From an uncultured Solirubrobacterales bacterium (GTDB taxonomy: Bacteria > Actinomycetota > Thermoleophilia > Solirubrobacterales > Solirubrobacteraceae): DNA of 64,000 bases. Where the stretch lies: positions 175,410-239,409 of the forward strand of contig CAWBDI010000001.1 in NCBI GenBank assembly GCA_963787555.1, read 5' to 3'. Below the pieces are notes generated by a model. It did not search any database, was not told the DNA's origin, and was given only the letters and a program-made list of their open reading frames with translations. Below are positions 57,459-64,000 of this stretch, in pieces. The translations under genes and the position numbers were made by a program. The number at the start of each line of letters is the position of its first letter. Position 1 is the first letter of the stretch.

Positions 57459-59480
57459 CTAGGCGGGCTCGATCACCGCCGGGCGCTCCGTGTCCACCAC
57501 CGCGGGATTGCGCGAAAGCCGTGCCGCCGCGTAAGCGTCGACCTCATCGAGCGTCTCGTGATGGAGCAGCGATGCGACCAGCGAGTCGAGGTTTTCGCGG
57601 TGCTCGCGCAGCAGGTTGCCGGCCTCGGTATGGGCGGTCTCGACGATCCGCCTGACCTCCTCGTCGACGAGCCGTTGGGTTGCTTCCGAGGTCTCGGAGG
57701 AGCCGGGGAGCAGTGGGCCCATGCCATCGATCGGAATCACCGCGATCGGCCCGATCGCGCGGCTCATTCCCCAGCGGCCGACCATGTGGCGGGCGATCCG
57801 CGTCAGGTGCTGGATATCGGATTCGGCGCCGGTGGTCAGGTCGCCGAAGACGATCTCCTCCGCGGTGCGACCGCCGAGCGCGACCTTGATCTGCGCCAGC
57901 AGATGTCGCTCGTCGAAGTTGAAGCGGTCCGCGTCGGGGGAGGAGAAGGTGACGCCGAGAGCCTGGCCGCGAGGGATGATCGAGACCTTGCGAACGGGAT
58001 CGGCCCCGGGAGTCAGCATTCCCACGAGCGCATGACCGGCCTCGTGATAGGCGGTGCGGCGGCGGTCGTCCTCGCTGATCATCACCTTGCGCTCCGCGCC
58101 GAGGACGATTCGCTCGAGCGCGTCCGAGAAGTCCTCCGAGGTGACGCGAGTGTGTCCGCGCCGTGCCGCCAGCAAGGCTCCTTCGTTGACGAGGTTCGCG
58201 AGATCCGCTCCCACCATTCCGGGGGTCGCTGACGCGATGTTGCCGAGCTCGACGCCGTCGGCGAGGGGCACCGAGCGCGTGTGGACGCGCAGGATCGCCT
58301 CGCGCCCGGCGCGGTCTGGCGGCTGGACCGACACGCGGCGGTCAAAGCGCCCGGGACGCAGCAGCGCCGGGTCGAGGATCTCGGGACGGTTCGTCGCGCC
58401 GAGCACGATCACTCCGGTGCTCGGGTCAAAGCCGTCCATCTCGGTGAGGATTTGGTTGAGCGTCTGTTCGCGTTCGTCGTGACCGCCCGTGATGTTGGAC
58501 CCACCGGCGGCGCGCGAGCGGCCGATCGCGTCGAGCTCGTCGATGAAGATGATCGCCGGCGCCGCCTGCTTGGCCTGCGCGAACAGGTCACGCACGCGCG
58601 AGGCTCCGACTCCCACGATCATCTCGACGAACTCCGACGCGGACATCTGGAAGAACGGAACGCCGGCCTCGCCGGCGACCGCGCGCGCCAGCAGCGTCTT
58701 GCCCGTGCCGGGGAGCCCGCTCAGCAAGACCCCACGCGGAATCCGTCCCCCCAGCCGCAGGTACTTGTCGGGATTCTTGAGAAAGTCGACGATCTCGGTG
58801 AGCTCTTCCTTGGCCTCGTCGATGCCCGCCACGTCCTGGAAGTTGACCGGCTGCTCACTGCCCTCCACGCGCCGCGCTCGTGAGCGCCCGAACGACATCA
58901 ACCCGCCGGCGCCTCCCCCCGCCGCGGCGGCGCGCCGCATCACCAGCACCACCAGCAGGATCAGCAAGAGCGTGGGCCCGAATCCGAAGACCAGGCTGGT
59001 GATCAGCGATGGGCCGGAGTCCGGTGGCTTGGCGTCGATCGTCACGTCGTGCTGCTGCAGCAGTTGCGAGAGCTGATCGTGATTGGCGAACGACGGGATC
59101 TGGGTTGAGAAATCGGTCGTCGCCTGCGCCCCCGAGTTGGCCGGGTATTTGACCGCGGTCTTGAACGTGCCCTGGATCGCATCCGAGGTGGAGGTGATCT
59201 CGCTGACGTTGTTGGCGCTGACCTCGCTTAAGAACGTCGGGCTGTAAGGAATCTGAACCCGCGCGTTCGGCTGCAGCGCCCGCGAGGAGATCCACAAGTT
59301 GAGTCCCAGCAGCACGAGCACCAGCAGCGCCAGCATCCATCTCACGTTGGGCCGGCCTGGCGGCGGCTGCCGGCGCCCACCGCGGCCATCCGGAGCCGGG
59401 GTCACCCTCCAGCCGGGCGGGAGCGTCGGCTCACGGCGAGCGCGCTGCGGAGGCTCTTGGCGGCTGCGCTGATCGGCCAT
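57459..59480 (-). CDS. ftsH: ATP-dependent zinc metalloprotease FtsH
   Basis: Two [59 protein letters not shown]. Confidence 0.96.
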   Translation of the reverse strand: MADQRSRQEPPQRARREPTLPPGWRVTPAPDGRGGRRQPPPGRPNVRWMLALLVLVLLGLNLWISSRALQPNARVQIPYSPTFLSEVSANNVSEITSTSDAIQGTFKTAVKYPANSGAQATTDFSTQIPSFANHDQLSQLLQQHDVTIDAKPPDSGPSLITSLVFGFGPTLLLILLVVLVMRRAAAAGGGAGGLMSFGRSRARRVEGSEQPVNFQDVAGIDEAKEELTEIVDFLKNPDKYLRLGGRIPRGVLLSGLPGTGKTLLARAVAGEAGVPFFQMSASEFVEMIVGVGASRVRDLFAQAKQAAPAIIFIDELDAIGRSRAAGGSNITGGHDEREQTLNQILTEMDGFDPSTGVIVLGATNRPEILDPALLRPGRFDRRVSVQPPDRAGREAILRVHTRSVPLADGVELGNIASATPGMVGADLANLVNEGALLAARRGHTRVTSEDFSDALERIVLGAERKVMISEDDRRRTAYHEAGHALVGMLTPGADPVRKVSIIPRGQALGVTFSSPDADRFNFDERHLLAQIKVALGGRTAEEIVFGDLTTGAESDIQHLTRIARHMVGRWGMSRAIGPIAVIPIDGMGPLLPGSSETSEATQRLVDEEVRRIVETAHTEAGNLLREHRENLDSLVASLLHHETLDEVDAYAAARLSRNPAVVDTERPAVIEPA

Positions 59481-59594
59481 CTTCAGATTGTGGCAAGCCG
59501 AACCCTGTAAACCCGGACATTCTTGGGAGGTCCTTAGGATCCTTCCGCCTTGGCGCTTGCGTCTGCGCAAGCCTTCAGGCTGGCCGCCGCGGGG

Positions 59595-59972
59595 TCACTC
59601 CTCCGTCTCGAGCCGAGTGCGAAATGAGTCCGCGCCCTCGACGGTCGCGCCGGCGGCGTACGCGCGCTCGGCCAGCCACCGATCCGAGGTGACGACCCTG
59701 ACGGCGGCGGGATCGGGTTCCGCTGCGAGGCGCCTGACGATCTCGTCGTCGGCGGAGTTCGGACGAGGCCGAGGAGCGTGGGCGACCTCGATCACGGTAG
59801 ATCGAATCGGCGGCGACGGCGGCCGCTCGAACACCACCGTCACGTCCTCGCCGGAGCCCGCCGCCCACCGCTCGAGCGTGTCGACGAGTCTCAGCATCGC
59901 GGCGTCGCGATCCCGCCACCAGCCGTCGGGCCGCGCACCGATCACGTTCATTCCATCGACAAGCCAACGCAC
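59595..59972 (-). CDS. NYN/YacP-like PIN-domain protein
   Basis: WLVDGMNVIG, TVVFE, ADDEIV, VVTSDRWL acidic active-site pattern. Confidence 0.85.
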   Translation of the reverse strand: MRWLVDGMNVIGARPDGWWRDRDAAMLRLVDTLERWAAGSGEDVTVVFERPPSPPIRSTVIEVAHAPRPRPNSADDEIVRRLAAEPDPAAVRVVTSDRWLAERAYAAGATVEGADSFRTRLETEE

Positions 59973-60029
59973 CGCTCGATCATCCTTGCAGCCCGTCGCT
60001 GAGTCATCCTCGCAGGCGCGCCGCGCGGC

Positions 60030-60470
60030 TCAATCCTCCTCGCGGGGCGCGCGCCGTGCGCGCTTGCGCTCGGCCTGCCGTCGTTTGCCCTCGAGTCGTC
60101 TGCGCACGGAGGCCTTTGTCGGCTTCGTCGGGTGCCGCGGGCGCTGGACCGCGAGCGCTGAGGTCAAGCGCGCGCGGAGGCGCTCGAGCGCGAGCTCCCG
60201 ATTGCGCGCCTGGCTACGCGCGTCCTGTGCCACGGCGACCACGCGGGGCCCGGCGCGAGCGATGATCCGGCGCTTCTGCGCGTCGGTCAGCGCGGACGAG
60301 GCCGCGACGTCGAAGCTTGCCTCGACGCGCGAGGCGGTTACGTTCGCGTGCTGGCCGCCTGGGCCTGAGGAGCGCGAGGCGCGAACCGTTACTTCACCTA
60401 AGGGAATCGCTGCGTAGCGCCCGAGCTGGATTGGATCTTCCACTGCAATTTGTGTTCGGGTTGTGAACAT
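60030..60470 (-). CDS. arfB: Alternative ribosome rescue peptidyl-tRNA hydrolase
   Basis: SRSSGPGGQHAN GGQ motif, RSQARNRE, basic tail PTKPTKASVRRRLEGKRR. Confidence 0.93.
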   Translation of the reverse strand: MFTTRTQIAVEDPIQLGRYAAIPLGEVTVRASRSSGPGGQHANVTASRVEASFDVAASSALTDAQKRRIIARAGPRVVAVAQDARSQARNRELALERLRARLTSALAVQRPRHPTKPTKASVRRRLEGKRRQAERKRARRAPREED

Positions 60471-60502
60471 GCCCTAGCAGCCTGCGTGACCGCCTGAAGC
60501 CG

Positions 60503-60632
60503 TGCTACCTTCCTCCGCCGTCAGGCCGCTCGTGGGCAGCTGCGGGCGGCGAGAAGCAGGTGCAGGCTCCGGGGTATCGCAGCACATCCTCCGCGGAAGC
60601 AGCACTTCAAATCGACGGAGGAAGATCTCCAG
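60503..60632 (+). promoter_or_regulatory. Extended -10 and long 5' leader of the cold-shock gene
   Basis: TG-C-TACCTT at 60503-60511; about 115 nt leader; GGAGG SD; long leaders are typical of csp genes. Confidence 0.4.
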
Positions 60633-60836
60633 ATGGCAACAGGAACCGTCAAGTGGTTCAGCGACGAGAAGGGCTTTGGCTTCATCACGCCCGATGAAGG
60701 CAGCCGCGATCTGTTCGTCCATTACTCGAGCATCAGCTCCGATGGCTATCGCTCGCTCGCCGAGGGCGTGAAGGTCTCCTACGAGGAGGAGATGGGCCCG
60801 AAAGGGCCGAAGGCCATCAATGTGACCAAGCTCTAG
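60633..60836 (+). CDS. cspA: Cold-shock protein
   Basis: GTVKWF, RNP1 KGFGFI, RNP2 LFVHY, GPKGPKA. Confidence 0.96.
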   Translation: MATGTVKWFSDEKGFGFITPDEGSRDLFVHYSSISSDGYRSLAEGVKVSYEEEMGPKGPKAINVTKL

Positions 60837-60856
60837 GCTGGCTGTCAGCCCGGTCG

Positions 60857-61561
60857 ATGGCGGACTGGGTAACGATCTCATCGCTCGCGACCGCCGGTGG
60901 CACGCTGGTGCTGGCGGTAGCGACCTTCAGCTCGGTGAAATCCGCCAATCGGTCCGCGCGGGTCGCGGAGCGCTCGCTGCTCGCCGGGGTCCGGCCGGTG
61001 CTGATTCCCTCGCGAGATGACGATCTGGTTCAGCGGGTGCGCTTCGGAGACGGCATCGTGCTGCAAGTGATGGGGCACCGAGCGGCGATGGATATCCACA
61101 ACGACAACGTCTACATGGGGCTGGGTTTGCGCAACGGTGGCAACGGGCTGGCGGTGATTCACGGCTGGCGGGTGGAGGTCGGTCAGCCGAGCGGCTCGAC
61201 TGCGCCTGACAGCGATGATTTCCGCGGACAGCAGCGCGATCTCTACATCCCCGCCGGAGAGACCGGTTTCTGGCAAGGGGCCATCCGAGATCCTCGCGAC
61301 CCGGGCCGGGAGCAGGTGGCGGAGGCGATCAAGCGGGACGCTCGCGTGATCATCGACATCCTCTATGGCGATTACGAGGGTGGCCAGCGGACGATCGCGC
61401 GCTTCGGGGTCGGCCGGGAAGAGGATGACACCGATGGCTACCGGGCCGAGGTCGTGAGGTACTGGAACGTGGACGGCGCCGACCCCCGTGCCAGGCCTGT
61501 CGGAGATGCTGCGTACAATCGGCAGCAACCTAACGAGACGCGGCGGCGCACAGGGCAGTGA
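60857..61561 (+). CDS. Hypothetical membrane-anchored protein
   Basis: N-terminal hydrophobic helix followed by beta-rich domain; no family recognised. Confidence 0.7.
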   Translation: MADWVTISSLATAGGTLVLAVATFSSVKSANRSARVAERSLLAGVRPVLIPSRDDDLVQRVRFGDGIVLQVMGHRAAMDIHNDNVYMGLGLRNGGNGLAVIHGWRVEVGQPSGSTAPDSDDFRGQQRDLYIPAGETGFWQGAIRDPRDPGREQVAEAIKRDARVIIDILYGDYEGGQRTIARFGVGREEDDTDGYRAEVVRYWNVDGADPRARPVGDAAYNRQQPNETRRRTGQ

Positions 61562-61565
61562 TCAC

Positions 61566-63464
61566 ATGACTAAGGCAGTGGAGGAGCGCGAGCGGGTCGT
61601 CGTCCGCTTCGCGGGAGATTCGGGCGACGGGATGCAGCTCGCGGGCAGCCGCTTCACAGACGCGACCGCGGTGGTCGGCAACGATCTCGCCACGCTGCCG
61701 AACTTTCCCGCCGAGATCAGAGCGCCGGCGGGGACGCTCGCGGGCGTGTCCGCGTTCCAGATCCATTTCGCCTCGCGCGACATCCTGACGCCGGGCGACA
61801 AGCCGAACGTGCTGGTGGCGATGAACCCGGCGGCACTGAAGGCCAACCTCGCGGAACTCGACCGCGGCGCGACGATCATCGTCAACGAGGACGCTTTCTC
61901 GAAGCGCAACCTCGAGAAGGCCAACTACGCGACAAACCCGCTCGAGGACGGCTCGCTGACGGAGTTTCGCGTGCACCGAATTCCGATGACCACCTTGACC
62001 ACTCGAGCGGTGGAAGGAATCCCGGGCGCCTCGACGCGCGACGCCGGCAGAGCCAAGAACCTGTTCGCGCTAGGGGTGCTGTCGTGGCTCTACGGCAGGC
62101 CAATGGACGTCACGCAGCGGTGGATCGAGAAAAAGTTCGCGGGCAAGCCGGGGATCTTGGAGGCGAACTTGGCCGCCTTCAACGCCGGTTGGTCGTTCGG
62201 GGAGACCACCGAGCTGCTCGACGTCCAGTACCGCGTCAGTCCCGCGACGGACGTCCCTCCGGGCGTCTACCGGAACGTCAACGGCACCACCGCGCTGTCG
62301 CTCGGGCTAATCGCGGCGGGTGCCCGCAGTCGACTACCGCTGCTGCTGGCCAGCTACCCGATCACGCCCGCCTCCGAGCTGCTACACGAGCTCTCCCGCC
62401 ACGCTCACTTGGGCGTGCGCACGATCCAGGCCGAGGACGAGATCGCGGCCGCGGGCATGGCGCTGGGCGCCGCATTCGGTGGTCAGCTCGGAGTGACCGC
62501 GACCAGCGGTCCGGGGATGGATCTCAAGGCGGAGACGATCGGTCTGGCGGTCGCGCTCGAGCTCCCGATGATGATCGTCGACGTGCAGCGGGCCGGTCCT
62601 TCGACCGGGATGCCCACGAAGACAGAACAGTCGGACCTGTTAATGGCGATCTTCGGTCGCCACGGCGAGTCGCCGTTGCCGGTGATCGCGCCGAGCACGC
62701 CGGGGGGTTGCTTTGATGCAGCATTCGAGGCGGCATCAATCGCGATCCGCTACCGGACGCCGGTGATCCTGCTCTCGGACACGTTCCTGGCCTCCTCCTC
62801 CGAGCCGTGGCTGATCCCGGACATCGGGGAGCTGCCGCAGATCGATCCCGCGTTCGCCACGGCCCGCCCGGAAGACGAGACGTTTCTGCCCTACAGCCGC
62901 GACGAGCGCCTAGCCCGGCCCTGGGCAATTCCGGGCACGCCAGGGCTACAGCACCGGATCGGCGGGCTGGAGAAGGCCGACCGAACCGGAAACATCTCCT
63001 ACGACGGGTTCAACCACGCCCGCATGACCGAGCTGCGAGCTGCGAAGGTGGCGGGCATCGCCAAGGAAATCCCGCCCCTCACCGTCGACGCGAGCGGAGA
63101 CGCCAGGCTGCTGGTGCTGGGGTGGGGCTCGACTGAAGGCGCGATCCGCGCGGGTGTCCGGCACGCGCGCGAGGCCGGCCACAAGGTCGCGTGCGCTCAC
63201 CTTCACCACCTCAACCCATTGCCCGAGAACACCGGCGATGTGCTGCGCTCGTTCGATCGTGTGCTCGTACCCGAGCTCAACAGCGGTCAGCTCGCGGTGC
63301 TGTTGCGGGCGCGCTTCCTCGTCGACATCGAGTCGTTCTGCAAAGTCCAGGGACAGCCGCTGTTCGCGGCCGAGATCGAGGCTGAGATCGCCAAGCGGGT
63401 AGGCCCTGACCAAACCACTGCCTTGCAACCGGCTGAGTCTGAAACCTTCACGGAGCAACGATGA
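61566..63464 (+). CDS. korA: 2-oxoacid:ferredoxin oxidoreductase alpha subunit
   Basis: RFAGDSGDGMQL, FPAEIRAPAG, YPITPAS, QAEDEIAA, TSGPG, QRAGPSTGMPTK, HRIGGLEK. Confidence 0.95.
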   Translation: MTKAVEERERVVVRFAGDSGDGMQLAGSRFTDATAVVGNDLATLPNFPAEIRAPAGTLAGVSAFQIHFASRDILTPGDKPNVLVAMNPAALKANLAELDRGATIIVNEDAFSKRNLEKANYATNPLEDGSLTEFRVHRIPMTTLTTRAVEGIPGASTRDAGRAKNLFALGVLSWLYGRPMDVTQRWIEKKFAGKPGILEANLAAFNAGWSFGETTELLDVQYRVSPATDVPPGVYRNVNGTTALSLGLIAAGARSRLPLLLASYPITPASELLHELSRHAHLGVRTIQAEDEIAAAGMALGAAFGGQLGVTATSGPGMDLKAETIGLAVALELPMMIVDVQRAGPSTGMPTKTEQSDLLMAIFGRHGESPLPVIAPSTPGGCFDAAFEAASIAIRYRTPVILLSDTFLASSSEPWLIPDIGELPQIDPAFATARPEDETFLPYSRDERLARPWAIPGTPGLQHRIGGLEKADRTGNISYDGFNHARMTELRAAKVAGIAKEIPPLTVDASGDARLLVLGWGSTEGAIRAGVRHAREAGHKVACAHLHHLNPLPENTGDVLRSFDRVLVPELNSGQLAVLLRARFLVDIESFCKVQGQPLFAAEIEAEIAKRVGPDQTTALQPAESETFTEQR

Positions 63465-64000
63465 GCGCGATCACGAGCAACGGCCACGGGAACGGCGACC
63501 GCGCCGGCGAGGGCGCAGTGGCCGGGAACCGGGCGGGAGCCGCCGGCGAACCCGGTGCCGCCAGGGTCCTCGAGAAGGCGGATTTCCAATCCGATCAGGA
63601 AACGCGCTGGTGCCCGGGCTGCGGGGACTATGCGGTCCTCTCGGCGGTCCAGCAGTTCATGCCTGAGCTCGGGATCCCGCCGGAGCGGATCGTGTTCATC
63701 ACCGGCATCGGCTGCGCCGGGCGGTTTGCCTACTACATGGATACCTACGGAATGCACGGGATCCACGGTAGGGCGCCGGCGCTTGCGACGGGCCTTGCCG
63801 CCACTCGCGAGGACCTGTCGATCTGGATTGTCACCGGAGACGGCGACTCGCTCTCGATCGGGGGCAACCACCTGATCCACGCCCTGCGGCGCAATGTTCC
63901 GGTCAAGATCCTGCTGTTCAACAACCAGATCTATGGCCTGACCAAGGGTCAGGCGTCGCCGACCTCGGAGCTCGGGAAGATCACCAAGTCGACCCCGTTC
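63461..64000 (+). CDS. korB: 2-oxoacid:ferredoxin oxidoreductase beta subunit (3' truncated by window)
   Basis: Translated by hand from ATG 63461: RWCPGCGD, GIGC, HGIHGRAP, TPP motif GDGD...IGGNH...NNQIYGLTKGQ. Confidence 0.95.
   Translation, partial: MSAITSNGHGNGDRAGEGAVAGNRAGAAGEPGAARVLEKADFQSDQETRWCPGCGDYAVLSAVQQFMPELGIPPERIVFITGIGCAGRFAYYMDTYGMHGIHGRAPALATGLAATREDLSIWIVTGDGDSLSIGGNHLIHALRRNVPVKILLFNNQIYGLTKGQASPTSELGKITKSTPF

Noticed and set aside
63555-63875. Apparent frameshift in korB suggested by the track ORF
   Set aside because: Manual translation from ATG 63461 is open to the window end; the track omits it only because it has no stop
1-64000. Hundreds of long overlapping or antisense ORFs in the track (e.g. 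11281-12324, 24452-25822, 36964-38238, 41373-42251)
   Set aside because: Arg/Ala/Pro-rich shadow frames of recognisable genes, expected where high GC makes stops rare
1-64000. CRISPR array, tRNA, rRNA, transposase, integrase or prophage
   Set aside because: No repeat-spacer periodicity, cloverleaf, rRNA-like segment or recombinase/transposase motif seen by eye

Overview
High-GC actinobacterial chromosome segment; the gene content suggests Thermoleophilia/Solirubrobacterales (inference). About 65 CDS; no rRNA, tRNA, CRISPR array, transposase or integrase recognised. Blocks in order: thiol/detox and transport genes (GST folds, GH15, XRE-MFS, Nudix, DsbA-like, class II GATase); a LolA-like protein with ABC-2 transporter and two-component system; an antiporter/saccharopine-dehydrogenase-like/PLP decarboxylase operon; a two-component system followed by a MacAB-like exporter, two Gly/Ser-rich surface proteins and a vWA-PP2C-kinase (TerY-P-like) triad; acetoacetyl-CoA synthetase and HtrA; a 15 kb phosphate island (pit, ppk1, sixA, ppx, VKOR-DsbA, two PhoB-like regulators without a kinase, pstSCAB, phoU); tandem peptidase E genes; an MprAB-like system; LigD, FtsH, ArfB, a cold-shock protein and a 2-oxoacid:ferredoxin oxidoreductase. 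Best leads: (1) the TerY-P-like triad attached to an exporter operon and bracketed by a shared CTTAYG-N5-CTKACG box; (2) a kinase-less Pho circuit with an atypical receiver regulator, a receiver-less winged-helix protein and 11-bp-phased GTTCAC boxes; (3) a ~35 bp element shared, in opposite orientation relative to transcription, by the pstS and ppx upstream regions; (4) a 108 bp imperfect palindrome. All assignments come from motif reading by eye; no searches were run.
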